Program-made: the position numbers and the translations under genes | Notes under the pieces: model-generated | The model's database searches: none | What the model was told of the DNA's origin: nothing | What the model saw: only the letters and a program-made list of their open reading frames with translations | DNA from: the human T2T-CHM13v2.0 reference genome, Homo sapiens | Assembly (NCBI RefSeq): GCF_009914755.1 | Contig: NC_060935.1 | DNA length: 64,000 nt | Reading direction: 5' to 3' (one strand) | Shown: positions 36,295 through 53,532 of the stretch, piece by piece | Numbering within the stretch: position 1 is the stretch's first letter | How the letters are laid out: the number at the start of each line of letters is the position of its first letter

Positions 36295-36870
36295 GCTAGC
36301 GTCACTGGGCATCTGCTATATGCCAACTATGGTACACATATTATTTCTAATCCTCCCAACAACCCTCTGAGGTAGAACAGATATGCCTTATTAACAGGTG
36401 AGAATTTAAGGCTCAGAGAAATTAAATAACTTGTCCATGGTCACACAGCTACTTAACTAATATCTGAATTAAAGTTTCTCTGACTTTAAAATGGAAGCAC
36501 TTTTAACCTTGAGCAAATAATTTCACAAATTATTTATCTGTTGTTATTTATTTTTGCCACTTTATTCTATTAGCAGAGCCCAATTTAAAATACTTATATT
36601 AAAAACCTGTAAGATATCAGATTTAAATGCTGCCTGATCCTTTTACAAAGTTCTGACACTGTGAGGCAGTCATGGGAGGATGCAGATGAACTATAACCTC
36701 ATCATACAATTCACTTTCAGAATTCTCCTTTGATCCTCTCAACAAACTTCTGAGGTATGACTCCACCACCACCACTTCACACTGAGAAAACTGAGGCTCA
36801 GAAAGATTTTATGATTTGCCCAAGGCAGAATAGGAACTAAAACCCAGAACTCTGACTACAAACTCATTGC
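36295..36870 (-). mobile_element. MIR fragments
   Basis: aaggctcagagaaattaaataacttgtccatggtcacacagct; gaaaactgaggctcaga. Confidence 0.7.
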
Positions 36871-37374
36871 TTATGCAGCTTGATCACAATGCCAGACTTA
36901 AACATAGGCATAAAGAATGCAAAAACCTGCTGTGGAGATCTTTGCTTATTTTTGAAGAACATCTGTTCATAATTAATAGCATGTGTAACACTGGGCATGA
37001 GGGAGGGAAGGTAGGAGCAACAGAACGTCCCTTAGGGCCTTAAGCTGCCTAAATGTAAATTTTCCTGTTTCAAAAACACTGGAAGCCCATTCAGTGGAAG
37101 AGAACAGGAGCTCTAAGTGACAGAAATGCATTTTGGCACTCTGAACTCCTAAATGTACTCTAGACCACCAAGTGAAAGCTTGCTGGTAATACTGGCTTCC
37201 AGGGACTGAGGGCCTACTATGCAAGAGACATTATGCTAGGCTCTTTATACACATTAATCCTAATCTTCTCCAATGGTCCTTTGGGAAGATGGTAGAATCC
37301 CTGTTTCACAGACGATCAAACTACAGCTGAGAGGTGAACTGACTGAATCCTGATTGATCTGACCATTGTTTAAT

Positions 37375-37605
37375 CTATAGTGATAGAAAAGCCGATAGGT
37401 GGTTGCTTAAATGGGGGGGATATGAGGAGAATGAGGAGGGAAAGACTTCAAAGGGGCACCAAGAAACTTGGGAGGTGATGGATATGTTCACCATCTGCTT
37501 TGTGGTGATGGTTTCATGGGTGTATATGTATGTCAAAACTTAGCAAATTGTACATAAAATTTGTATCACTTACTGTATGCCAATTTTACTTCAATGAAGC
37601 TGTTT
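37375..37605 (+). mobile_element. L1M 3' terminus fragment
   Basis: ggtgatggatatgttca..gtggtgatggtttcatgggtgtat..gtcaaaact. Confidence 0.75.
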
Positions 37606-38030
37606 AGGAGAAAATACACTCACACACAAACACACACACACAATTTTCTTTTTACTAACCACTGACTACCACCCCAGAATATCTGCCCTAAAACTGTCTG
37701 ATCACAGGGAGGCCAGGCCAAAGATTTCTTTCCCTAACCAATTTAGTTTCAAGTTTATGTAAACGGTTAGTAAAACATCACTGAAAGTTTTAAATACCCA
37801 AGAATAACAAATTACTTCCAAGCACTCTACAGCATTTCAGAATACGTTTCCATACAAATGAAATGTTAATTACAAAATGTAGCCTGGTAAAAGAATAAAC
37901 AGTAAAGTCTTTGGCATCACACAAACCTGGATTGAATCCCATCCTTGCCTCTTACTATGAATCTAATCAGGTTTCTAAATCTGTATTCACCTTCTCATTT
38001 ATAAAATGAAAGTGACAATAGCAATGCTAT

Positions 38031-38373
38031 CCATCTTAGTCAGCTCAGGCTGCTGTGTACATAACAGAATACCACAAACATTTATTTTTCACAGGTCTGG
38101 AGGCTGGGAAGTCCAAGATCAAGGTACTAGCAGATCTGGTGTCTGGTGACAGTCAGCTTCCTGGTTTGCAGATGGCCCTCTTCTCACTGTATCCTCACAT
38201 AGTGGAAAGCAGAGAGAGAGGAAGTAAGCTCTCTGGTGTCTCTTCTTATACAGGCACTTATAGAGCTCCATCCTAATGACCTAATTACTTCCCAAAAATC
38301 CCACCCCAAACATCACACTGAGGATTAGGGTTTCAACATATGAATTTTGGTGGGATACACTCAGTCCATAGCA
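38031..38373 (-). mobile_element. MLT1A-like MaLR solo LTR
   Basis: ctggaggctgggaagtccaagatcaagg ... tttcaacatatgaattttgg..tcagtccatagca. Confidence 0.85.
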
Positions 38374-38442
38374 CTACCATTTTCTGAAATCATACTATGT
38401 GCCAAACACTGAACTAAGCACTTTAGTTACTTCCTAACAATT

Positions 38443-38584
38443 ATATAATGTAAATACCATTATGTCTCCATCTAATGGATAGAGAAAATAAGTTATAGAA
38501 AGATTAAGTAACTATATAATATAAATGCCATTAATTCTCCACCTAATAGATGGAGAAAATAAGTTATAGAAAGATTAAGTAACT
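38443..38584. repeat. 71-bp tandem duplication inside a MIR
   Basis: Copies at 38443-38513 and 38514-38584. Confidence 0.85.
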
Positions 38585-39264
38585 TTGAAGGTCACACTGC
38601 AAGGAAGTACAATAGCTGAGATTTAAACTCACCTTACAAAATTATTGAGGAATAACTGGAAGAAGGAGGTAAAATATCATCAGTGTCAGTAAAGCATAAA
38701 TAACAGAATTCCCCCCACCCACCATTTAGAGCAAGTTTCTCTAAAGAAATGTAATTAAATGGAAATTTGTTTAATATTCCATAAATTAACTTTTAACTGA
38801 TAAAAGCTAGTGGTAAGCAATTTATCCAGTTTATTCCTAATTCACAGTCTACAAAGTAACTATTATTTTTCTCCTTTACTGATGGAGAAAATGAAACTCT
38901 GAAATGTTAAATAACCTTCAGCAGCACAGACATAAGTTGCATCACTTGGATGCAAGCATAAGTCTTCTGACAAGAAATGAGGCTCTTTCTAGTTCAGCTG
39001 GTTGCTATCCAAGCCACTCAGAAGCAAACTCAATAATTTTTCAGATACCATTCATTTAGGTACCTTAAGCAGTATCTTGTACAATAGCACAGAATCAAAG
39101 TTTCATGGATCTGAACTTTAAAATATTTGCCTTGATACATGTTTATAGTGTTAGCACTTCATAAATGATGTCTACACACTAATATACTCAATATTTTCCT
39201 CACTTATTTCTGGTTTGGGTAAGAAAACTGATGCTACAATCTGTCAAAATATAATTGTCAATGA

Positions 39265-40473
<1,209 letters not shown>

Positions 40474-40852
40474 CAGAATATAATACTTGTATACCACATT
40501 TATGAGCTAAAAAACAGAATACTTGTATATCACATTTATGAGCTTCTTTCAAATGTATTGAATTTCAAAGGTGGATATAGATATGACTGTCCCCACTTTA
40601 CATGGGAAAAAACTGAGATTCACAGAGTACTTAAACAACCTGTCCAAGTCAGACAGCTAGTAAGTGGCTAAGCTGGGGTTCAAATTCAGTTCTTCTGACT
40701 CCATGTCCAGAATTGTCCACACATAAGACCTAGTCTTCTTTCAAAAATAAGCTCAGGTTACTCTTCCTCCAAGAACTCTTCCCTAAAAAAAGGTTTGAAT
40801 ACCCTGTCTCTGCTACTTATTTTATAACATCTATAACATTGAACTGTAACTT

Positions 40853-41217
<365 letters not shown>

Positions 41218-41373
41218 TCATCTCCGTGTATCATCAAAACCAACCTAACATAGAGGCTGATATCCATGTTGACTAAAATAATGCATAGATGCATAAGTGA
41301 TTATTTTTGCTTGCTACAAAGACTCTAATCAGCAAAATATTTTGGGGAATCCTAATTAAAATTGCCTGCCAGA

Positions 41374-41670
<297 letters not shown>

Positions 41671-42156
41671 TTAATAGGGTAATTAAAAACCCACATTTCT
41701 TAAAGTCTCAATCTTTCTACCATCAAATAGTTAAGTCAAGTCTTATATTTCAGTTGTAAAAATCAAATACACAAGCATTTGATACAATTTGGTTTTATAG
41801 CATTCATTTTATATTATCTACAAATTAAAACTGACCAAAGGTTAATAAAGAGGAAACTTTGAAGCAGAAAAAAGAACTCTAGACTGAGTCAGAAAAGCAA
41901 TCATAAGGTCCCGTCTTCTCCATTTACCAATGTGATCTGCATTCATTCCAAGTGAGATTCCAGGGATCCGTCATAAATCAAGTTCTTTCTGAGTCTCATT
42001 GTGTCTACTGTGTACACAGCTCCACTGACCCAGCTATGGGCAAAGAGTAAAGGAAAGCTACATGAGAGTGGGCTAAAGTAGAGTAGAGACAACACAACGG
42101 GCAGGGAGCAAGGGGCAACAACAATGATAGAAGACACTCTATTAAAACTCAGCCCA

Positions 42157-42465
<309 letters not shown>

Positions 42466-42599
42466 TCAGCCCAGAGCAACATGGAGTAACTGACTCATTG
42501 GGAAATTACAGCTGTTAATAGGCCAGTTTGAAATGATGGATTCACCTGACATGTCTTTACTGATGCTTATTCTGTACAAGGTCCCAAGATGGGCTCTGA

Positions 42600-43040
42600 G
42601 AATAAAAGGATGATCAGATACAACTCCTGTCCACTGCAAGTGGAAGAGACCAACAAATAATAAATGGATAACCACAATCAGAGTAACCCAGAGATGGGGT
42701 ACCCAATCCCAACCTAGGAAATCACGGAAAACCTTCTGGAAAAGGTTATCTCCTAGGCTGAGTCTTAAAGGCTAAGTCAGAGTAGACCAATTAAGAGTAA
42801 CAAAGAGATATCTAGGCCAAGAGAACAGCACGTGCAAAGACAGTGAGAAAAGAGGCACTGCACATCTGAAGAACTGCAGACATAGTACAATGCAAACTTC
42901 AGGAGTACTGGAGGTAAAACGCACAAGCCAGGAGGAGAGACAATAAATGACAATGGTGAAGAAGTTGGGGAGAGGATCTTGAACTACCTCAGATACCATA
43001 TTGGGAAACCTGGACCTCATCTCAAAGGTTTTAAGTCAAG
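42600..43040 (-). mobile_element. L2 fragment
   Basis: ggctgagtcttaaagg..gagaacagcacgtgcaaaga. Confidence 0.6.
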
Positions 43041-43265
43041 AGTTTAACACTAACTCCTATCTAGGAGACAGTGTCCCTACAATGACACTTGGTTGAAGGG
43101 CAGGCTTTCAGGCATGCTCATTTTAAAGGGTGTTGGTTTTTCCCTTCATAATTATACAGCCTGATCAAAATGTAAGTAAACACAGAAATATATTTTTAAA
43201 AACACTCCTTTGCTTCTGGGGCAGGGGATTATGGAGAAATACTGTACCTCCTCAATGATGATTGA

Positions 43266-43909
<644 letters not shown>

Positions 43910-44011
43910 CCACTGACATTTTTAATTGAGAAAAAACTATCAACCTCAGTGAACTCTCCAGAACAATCCAATCTGTTTCAACCAAAAACCACAAAGTTTA
44001 AAAAGATGATA

Positions 44012-44120
44012 GAGTCCGAGCACTCTGGGAAACCAAGGCAGCAGAGGATTGCTTGAGGCCAACAGTTCAAGACCAGCCTGGGCAACATAACGAGACTTCA
44101 TCTCTACCAAAAAAAAAAAA
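44012..44120 (+). mobile_element. FLAM/Alu left monomer
   Basis: Left-arm consensus with poly-A. Confidence 0.8.
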
Positions 44121-44379
44121 GAATGATGGAGAGTCAAAGGTCATACCATACCTCCACTGGTTCACCAAGAAATCCAGGCAAATAGCCAAAGTTTGATCTC
44201 TGTTGCAAGAAGAGACCAAGTAAGCTACAACCAGAAAATAGGTCCCAAAATACAGAAACCAATAAAGTCAGCGCTTAATTTCTCTAATAAAGGTGTTTTA
44301 AAAGACAAAACATTATTCCTTCTTCATATACTGAAAGTCACAATAAATTCCATACTTCTACTCTAGAAAGATAACATTA

Positions 44380-44590
44380 ATAACAGCTACCATTTGTTAA
44401 GTAATTAATATTTGCCAAGCACTGTAGTAAGTTCTTTATGAATTATCTCATTCAATCCTCACAACTACATAGGAATTATGTACTATTATTACTACACTTC
44501 CCTTTTAAAGGTTACAAAAATGAAACACAGAAAAGTGTAGTAACATACCCAAGGTCTCATAGCTATTAAGAGAGTAAGCCAGAACAAAGT
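44380..44590 (-). mobile_element. MIR
   Basis: ttatctcattcaatcctcacaac..cccaaggtctcatagcta. Confidence 0.7.
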
Positions 44591-44679
44591 AGATGCAGTA
44601 TGTATTTCTAAAGAGATAATTAACAATCTAGGGAAAATTCATCCCATTAAATTTCTTAGACTACTAAATATCCAAATTA

Positions 44680-45027
<348 letters not shown>

Positions 45028-45434
45028 GAGATTGACCCTTTCCCCATAGCAACAAATGGTGACCAGATCCTAGTGTGCAAAACCACTGCATTACTCTATA
45101 CTTTGTAGTACCAACATGCACATTAGCTCAGAGTGGGTGAGTTATATCCTGCTCTGTAAAAACTGGTTCACTCACTTAGCACTGGCTCAATCACTCCACA
45201 AAAATGTACTAAGCCCCTGCTAAGTTCCAAGTATCAGGGATATACAAATAATCAGTGAGACACTGTCTCTGGAAGCCAGCATGTCACATAGGAAAAAGCA
45301 CTCATAGGTTTTGGAGGCAGAAAAGTCTGGGGATTAAATCCCACCCTAGTCACTTATTGGCTGATGGGCCTGCATAGGCTCAACATCTCTGAGCCTCTGT
45401 TTTCTTACACATAAAATAATTATGACCACCACAG

Positions 45435-45563
45435 CAGGGTGCAATGACATACACCTGTAGTCCCAGCCATGCAGGAGGCTGAGGCAGGATGATCACTTGA
45501 GTCCAGGAGTTCAAGACCAGCCTGGGCAATATAGCAAGACCCCATCTCAAGAAAAATAAAAAA
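45435..45563 (+). mobile_element. FLAM monomer inside a MIR
   Basis: Monomer consensus. Confidence 0.8.
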
Positions 45564-46281
45564 TCATCATCATCATCTTTTTAAATGTCTAAAACTAAAA
45601 AATATGGCCACATACACACAGAAAAATTGTCAGGTTTAAGTAAGATAAGAGGGCCTAGCACAATGTCGGTACACAATGAATGTTAATTTCCCACCCCCAG
45701 AACAAAGGTTCCAGGCTATACAGGGGTGTTAACTGGAAGATAAAATAATGTTTAGCACTATGACTTGTCTAGACTACTTCTTTCTCCATTCTCCTCTGTC
45801 CAATCACAGTGAAAAACCAAAGTCATTATACAAGATTATTTGCCTATGGCTACATCTGTACCTTTGTCTTTTTCTACTGCAAATGTACCAGGCTAAGGGT
45901 AGGGAGACCTAATATACCTTAAAAACCACTCTTATGCATAGCTATGGATAGTTCTCTAAAAGCCATTTCACACCTTTCCTTAACCACAAAGTGGAGAAAA
46001 GTAAGCACCAAGCCCAATTAATTTTCTAACATCCTGACAAAATTGTGAAACTGTTCAACTCTAAAGTTTTTTTATTCTACTAAGGCAAAGAAAAAATTGC
46101 ATTCACATTGGCTTTCAAAACAGTATTTTTAGTAAAGGTTTGACAACATCAGCCATTCCCCCAATAAGAAATAAGTAAAGCCTAGAAACATAATAATATC
46201 AACAAATAAAAATACGTCATTTTATACTGAATCAAGGCAGTGACACCAAACTGTAATAGTGTCATTGCATTCTTCATGGAC

Positions 46282-46312
<31 letters not shown>

Positions 46313-46343
46313 CTAAGTTTCAGTTTCATTAAAGAATGTTCTT

Positions 46344-46640
46344 GCCAGACGCAATGGCTCACACCTGTAATCCCAGAACTTTGGGAGGCCGAGGTGGGCG
46401 GATCACCTGAGGTCAGGAGTTCGAGACCAGCCTGGCTAACATGGCAAAAACCCCGTTTCTACTAAAAATACAAAAATTAGCCGGGCATGGTTTCGGGCAC
46501 CTGTAATGGCAGCTACTTGGATGGCTGAGGCAGGAGAATTGCTTGAACCCAGGAAGCGGAGGTTGCAGTGAGCCCAGATCGCACCACTGCACTCCAGCTG
46601 AGGTGACAAAGCGAGACTCCGTCTCAAAAAAAAAAAAAAA
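46344..46640 (+). mobile_element. Alu (AluS)
   Basis: Alu consensus. Confidence 0.95.
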
Positions 46641-46676
46641 GGAATCTTCTGGAAGTCGTAAAAACTATTAATTTTA

Positions 46677-46799
46677 CCCAGGCACAGTGGTGCAGAGCTG
46701 TAGTTCCAGCTACTAGAGAAGCTGAGGCAGGAGGAGCACTTGGTGCCAGGAGTTCAAGACCAGTCTGGGCAACACAGCAAAACTCCATCTCAAAAAAAA
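46677..46799 (+). mobile_element. FLAM monomer
   Basis: TSD TATTAATTTTAC. Confidence 0.85.
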
Positions 46800-46890
46800 G
46801 TATTAATTTTACTAAATCTTAATCCTTAATTATACATCTGTTTCATATTCTATGTGAAGAAATGGAAAAATGGAATGTACATTTAAAGCA

Positions 46891-47183
46891 TTTTTTTTTT
46901 TGAGATGGAGTCTAGTTCTGTCGCCCAGGCTGGAGGGCAGTGGCGCAATCTCGGATCACTGCAACCTCTGCCTCTCTAGTTCAAGAGATTCTTCTGCCTC
47001 AGCCTCCCAAGTAGCTGGGATTACAGGTGTGTGCCACCACGCCCAGCAAATTTTTGTATTTTTAGTAGAGATGGGGTTTCACCATGTTAGCCAGGCTAGT
47101 CTCAAACTCCTGACCTCAGGTGATCCACCCACCTCGGCCTCCCAAAGTGCTGGGATTACAGACGTGAGCCACCGCACCGAGCC
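46891..47183 (-). mobile_element. Alu (AluS)
   Basis: Alu consensus. Confidence 0.95.
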
Positions 47184-47542
47184 TCACATAAAGCATTTCT
47201 GCTGCATATTAAGGTACAAGAATTGTCTCAAAGAAAAGCACTAAAGCACTTGTGCAATTGAGTTGCAAACTGTACTGGCTGCTTTAATAAACACCATTTT
47301 TACTTGAAAAAACGACTGGCAGAAAAACTATGATTATTCAGACTTGGATGTTTGGCAGACAATTTTTTGAAAATGAACAATGTGAGACTGTCACTTCAAC
47401 GAAAACAACTGTCAGTATTGGTTGCCTATGATAAAATTTGAGCTTTCAAATGAAAATTAGAAAAGATTTGTCTGATGAGATGAGTGGTGATATTAACAAA
47501 TGTGGGTTCTTAAACATTATACAGTTCAGAAGATCTGCACAT

Positions 47543-47827
47543 GGCCAGGTGCGGTGGCCCACATCTGTAATTCCAGCACTTTGGGAGGCTGGGTCAGGGG
47601 TATCACTTGAGCCCAGGAGTTGGAGACCAGCCTGGGCAACACAGTGAAATCCCGTCTCTATGAAAAACTACAAAAATTAGCAAGACACGGTGGCCTGCAC
47701 CTGAAGTCTCAGCTACACGGGAGGCTGAGGTGGCAGGATTACATGACCACGTGAGCCCAGGAAGTTGAGGCCAAAGTGAGTCGTGAATGCACCACTGCAC
47801 TCCAGTGTGAAACCCGGTCTCAAAAAA
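47543..47827 (+). mobile_element. AluJ
   Basis: Alu consensus. Confidence 0.88.
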
Positions 47828-47850
47828 GATGCTCCACAATAACTCAATAA

Positions 47851-48278
47851 TATAGACTGAACTGCCTCCCCTCAAAATTCATAAATTGAAGCCCTATTCC
47901 TCAATGTGATAGTATCTGGAAACACATCCTTTGGGAGATAATTAGGTTTAGATGATTTATAATTAGGTTTAGATTAGGTCATGAGGGTGGGGCTGCCATG
48001 ATGGAATGAGTGCCTTCAAAAAGAGACACCAGAGAGCTTGCCTGTCCACTCGCACTTATTCTTTCTCTCTCTTCTCCCTCTCCAATCCACCATGTGAGGA
48101 AACATCGAGAAGATGGCCATCTAGATGCCAGTAAGAGAGCCCTAACCAAAAACTAACCATGCTGGAACACTGATCTTGGACTTCTTTCTAGCCTGCAACA
48201 CTGCGAAAAAATAAATTTTTGTTGTTTAAACCACCCAGTCTATGGCATTTTGGTATGGCAGCCAGAGCAGACTAAGAT
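47851..48278 (+). mobile_element. MaLR solo LTR (MSTD/MLT1A-like)
   Basis: aaaattcat..tgaagcccta..ggtcatgagggtgggg..aataaatttttgttgtttaaaccacccagtctatgg..gactaagata. Confidence 0.85.
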
Positions 48279-48528
48279 ATTCAGTGAACCAATATTTTCC
48301 AAATGACCAACGCATAATGCTACAAAAATTATGCACGGGTAAAAGATCTAACAAAGTACGAACAGACCAATGGTTTTTCTTGGAGAAATAAGCAAATTAA
48401 AAAATAATAAAGAAAAAAACAGACCAATGGATTTTAATGTAACAGAGCATGAAAAGCTCAGTGATATGGTTCAGACTGTACAAGGCAATGAACCTTAACA
48501 AACTACCAATTGTCAAGTTTTGGTGTAA

Positions 48529-48727
48529 CATGGGCGTCCAACCTTTTGGTTTCCCTGGGCTACACTGGAAGAAAAATTGACTTGGGCTTCACATAAAATA
48601 CACCAACACTAACGATAGCTGATAAGCTGAAAAAAAAAAAAAAAGAAAAAAAAAGTGTGTATAATTTTCATGATATCCACTACAGATAAGCAAAAAAGTC
48701 CTCACATTCAAAGGGCTGGACATGACT
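48529..48727 (+). mobile_element. MER30-like hAT MITE
   Basis: gtccaaccttttggtttccctgggc..cacataaaatacac.aacactaacgatagctgat; 8-bp TSD TGGTGTA(A/G). Confidence 0.8.
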
Positions 48728-48780
48728 GGTGTAGTATCAAAGAGGAATATCCACAATTATATAAAAACATTCCTCCTTTC

Positions 48781-49194
<414 letters not shown>

Positions 49195-49253
49195 TTATTC
49201 TAATTTTTTACATTTAGAATAATATACTTATTTTCATTAGAATATGCTAACAC

Positions 49254-49502
49254 AGCTGAAGGCAGTGGCTCATGCCTGTAATCCCAGTACTTTGGGAGGC
49301 TGAGGCAGGAGAATTGCTTGAGCCTAGGAGTTCAAGACCAGCCTGGGCAACTGAGCAAGATCCTGTCTCTACAAAAAAAATTTTAAAATAACCAGGCATG
49401 GTGGCACATGCCTGTAGTCCCAGCTACTTAGGAGGCTGAGGATGGAGGATCACTTCAGCCTAGTAGGTCAAGGCTGCAGTGAGCCATGACTGTGCCACTG
49501 CA
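49254..49502 (+). mobile_element. AluJ, 3' end missing
   Basis: Alu consensus ending at gccactgca. Confidence 0.88.
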
Positions 49503-49996
49503 AGCAAAAGTTCTTTGGAGTTGTCAATAAATATGAATGTGAAGACACCAAAATGTTTGAGAAACTGTTGCTACATAGCAATAAGCAAGAACACACTACA
49601 CCTACATACAAGAATAAATGAGTCTCACAAATATATTATATATGAAAAGCCAGTCACACCTATGAAACGTCATAAACAGGCAAAAATAATCTACATTATT
49701 AGAAGTTGTTGGTTTCCTTGGAGGAGGAGATAATGTTCCCTTTCTTGATCCGAATGCTGGTTATACATTTTGTGCATTTTTTTCTACATGTTATACATAC
49801 CTCAATATAATTTATTTTTAATTTATATTTTCCATATAAATATACACACATCTGCCTTATGCTCACCTACAGAAGTTTTGTTAACACTGGTCGAGAGTAG
49901 AACTGACACATATCTTTTTTTTTTAAACAGCTCCTCGGGTGATTCTAAAGAGTAGCCAGATACTACCTGTCTAAATAGGTTGAAGACTACTGATTA

Positions 49997-50289
49997 GGCT
50001 GGGTGCAGGCTCACGCCTGTAATCCCAGCACTTTGGGAGGCCGAGGCAGGCAGATCATCTGAGGTCAGGGGTTCAAGACCAGCCTGGCCAACATGGTGAA
50101 ATCCCATCTCTACCAAAAATACAAACAATTAGCCGGGCATGGTGGCACGGGCCTGTGGTCCTAGCTACTCAAGAGGCTAAGGTAGAAGAATCACTTGAAC
50201 CTGGGAGGAAGAGTTTGCAGTGAGCAGAGATCGTGCCACTGTACTCCAGGCCGGGAGACAAAGCGAGACTCTGTCTCAAAAAAAAAAAG
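49997..50289 (+). mobile_element. Alu (AluS)
   Basis: TSD GAAGACTACTGATT. Confidence 0.95.
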
Positions 50290-50649
50290 AAGACTACTGA
50301 TTTAACAGCTTAAAACCAGGAAGATTTATATGCAGTACAACAAAAAGAACAATGGCTCTGGAGCAAGGCAGATCAGGTTTTTAAATACGAGCTTTTCTTC
50401 TCTTACTAGCTATGTAAACAAATGCAAACTAGTTAATCACTATATGCCTCAGTTGCTTCAGTTTCTTCTTCTGTAAAATGATCACAATTCCTTATACGAC
50501 ACAAATATGAGGATTAAATTCTATCTATAAGGAAAAGAAAGCACCCAGCATACTGCCTGCCATAGACACTCAAATGTTAGGTACCTTTTGTCTTTCCCTG
50601 CTAATTCCCTACTTGTCTTATGGCCTAAGACAAATTACCCTCTTGAATC

Positions 50650-50943
50650 TTTTTATTCATTTATTTATTGAGATATAGTCTTGCCCAAGCTAGAGAGCAG
50701 AGGTATGATCATAGCTCACTGTAGCCTCAAATTCCTGGGCTCAAGTGATCCTCCCACCTCAGCCTCCAAAATAGCTATGAACAGAGGTGCACGCCACCAC
50801 ATCCAGATAATATTTTTGTTTTTTGTAGAGACTGGATCTCACTATGTTGATCAGATTGGTCTTGAACTCCTGGGCTCAAGCGATCTTCCCACCTTGGCCT
50901 CCCAAAATCCTGGGATTACAGGTGTGAGCCACTGCACCCAGCT
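50650..50943 (-). mobile_element. AluJ
   Basis: TSD TACCCTCTT. Confidence 0.9.
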
Positions 50944-51646
50944 ACCCTCTTAGAGTCTTAATTTCTTCATCCTTAAAATGAAAATAATGCCACATGACCA
51001 ACCTAAGAACTATATATAAAATGGCGCCATTATATTTGCATAAGTATAAATAGCATAGCTGTTATCTACTGATAGAGACATTTGCTATCAACTCAAAATA
51101 AAAGATAGAGGAAGACACATTAGAAAACTAAAATACTTAGAAAAATTATAAAACAGAGGCTAGAAAAGAAATACAAGTTAGCAGAAATCGTCAAGCTTGA
51201 GCGACATGATCAGAAGGCAAATCAAGATCATAATCTCAAGTAGCCAAGGATTGAAGTTTACTGTGAAAAATATATCATCTCAGGGTTCCTTCAAAATGTC
51301 TATATCTAAGAAAAAGCACAACCTATATCATCATAAAATAGGCATATTCTGAAAGGACCCAGACACCTGCCTAACTGGCAGGAGGAGGAGGTGTATTGGA
51401 ACTTTATAAACTGAGGTTTTCTCAGAGTGTCTTCATACAGAAAATAATGGCTCATTTAATAAAATGTTAAACTTTTAGATAAACATAATTTGACAAAAAA
51501 ATTCTATACCATTGTTTTCAATACTAAAGATATGCATAACTGTCCAAGGAAGTAAATTTAACAAAATAGAGAAAGAAATATGAACTTGGTTTAGTCTCTT
51601 TCCTCTTCAATATTTTACAACTTTGAGTTGATTTCTGTTAACGTAC

Positions 51647-51905
51647 CAGGGGTCGGCCAGCTATGGCCCGCCCATGGCCTATTTTTGTATGGCCTGTGAG
51701 TTTTACATTCTTAAAACCACATAAAAGGAGGAGAAAGAGAAGGGGAGGGAGAAGAAGGAATGGGGAGAAGCAAGAGGAGGGGCTTCAGGAAGGAGAAGAA
51801 CGGGGAGGGAGATGGGGAGACAAAAAGGAAGGGGAGTGGAAGGGAGGAGAAAGAACAACAGAGGCCATATGTGGCACAAAATATTTTCTACAAAAAGCAT
51901 TTGCC
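51647..51905 (+). mobile_element. MER58-like hAT MITE with an internal polypurine expansion (51725-51860)
   Basis: caggggtcggc..ctatggcccg..tttttgtatggcctgtgag..atatgtggc. Confidence 0.6.
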
Positions 51906-51906
51906 A

Positions 51907-52020
51907 GCCAGGCATGGTGCCACATGCCTGCATTTGTAAGCACTTTGGGAGGCCGAGGAAGGAGGATCACTTGACCAGGACAACATAGCGAGACCCTGTC
52001 TCTACCAAAAAAAAAAAAAA
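51907..52020 (+). mobile_element. Partial Alu left monomer
   Basis: gcactttgggaggccgagg..caacatagcgagaccctgtctct plus poly-A. Confidence 0.8.
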
Positions 52021-53252
52021 GTGTTACTGGGTAATAGGACTAAAAACAATACTTATGCTTCTTTTTACTTTTTGTAATTTCTAGTTTTTATCATGAGCAC
52101 ACATTATTTAATGGTGGAAGAAATAAAGCTTTTTTAAAAGTTAAAAAATAAGAATAAGAATAAAGCAAGTCAGAAGAATATTTATCCTATAATTCTATTT
52201 ATAAAAAGTTGCAAAGGTAAAAAATATACTGTTTAGGGATATGCACATATTTGGTAAAAGTATAAAGAAAAGCAAAGAAATGATTCACATAAAATTTAGG
52301 AAACTGTTTATCTCTGAGGGAGAGAGAAGATGGGAGATTCAATCAAGTAGGACCTCACAAGAGGCTTTAAAGGTACTAGAAATCTCCTTTTTGTTAAGCT
52401 GGGTAGCAAGTAGAAAAGCCTTCAATTTGTTATTCTTTAAGTTGTGGGTTTATGTTAAATATACTTTTATACATATGACATATTTTACAATTTAAAAAAA
52501 GGATATAAATGGGGATGACAAATTAGAATTTGGGGGCTGTAACCCAGACTTTTCCACTGACTGTGTAACCTTAAACAAGTCATTTAACCTCTCAGAGCAT
52601 AATTTTTCTTCTTATTTTATTAATGAGGAAGCTAACAGCTAACATCTGTTTAGGACTTTGGCATTTAAAGAACTGTTTAAAGTTCCTAGACTGTAAACAT
52701 GCAAATATGCATGAGATCATAAAACAAAATCATACCTCATTAATAAATACCACAATACTAAGAACTCATTGGTAGGGCACACAAGGCTATTCACCATTCT
52801 AGCCTCTGCCTATCTTTCTAACAATAAAGGCAACAACTAATTTTTTTAATGTGTACTATAAAACATATTGTGTGAAATGCTTTCCATTGATTATCTTATT
52901 TAATCCTCAAAACAATCCTATGATGTTAATTCTATTATTCGCACTTTACAGATGAGCCCATTGTGCCCAACGTCACACAGCTAATAGTAAGTGGTAGACA
53001 GACTTCAAAACCCACATTTAACCATAGCATTCATTTTGCCTCACTTTTCTCACCGTATTTGTCTATCTTTCCCATGACACTGAAAGCTCCTTGACAACTG
53101 CTTTCTGTTCATTTTTATTTCCCCTGGCACTTAGCAGACATTCATTAAATAAATAAATAGTGAACAGATATTTCATATATGTACAGTGTTTTCAGGACAT
53201 GAACTGGTTTGTTCCCCTTGACAGCCTTGTGAAGTATGAAAGTTTGATTGTG

Positions 53253-53532
53253 TGACAGGGTCTCATTCTGTAACCCAGACTGCAGTGCAGGGAAGCACGA
53301 TCATGGCTCACTGCAGCCTTGACCTCCCTGGCTCAAGCAATCCTCCCACCTCCCTCCTGAGTATCTGGGATTACAGGTATACGCTACCACACCCAGCAAA
53401 TTTTTTTTTTTTTTTGTGGAGACGGGTCTCCCTATGTTGCCCTCACTGGTCTCGAACTCCTAGGCTCAAGCAATACTCCCAGCTCAGCCTCCCAAAGTCT
53501 GGGATTATGGGCGTGAGCCACTATGCCTGGCC
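53253..53532 (-). mobile_element. AluJ
   Basis: Alu consensus. Confidence 0.88.
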
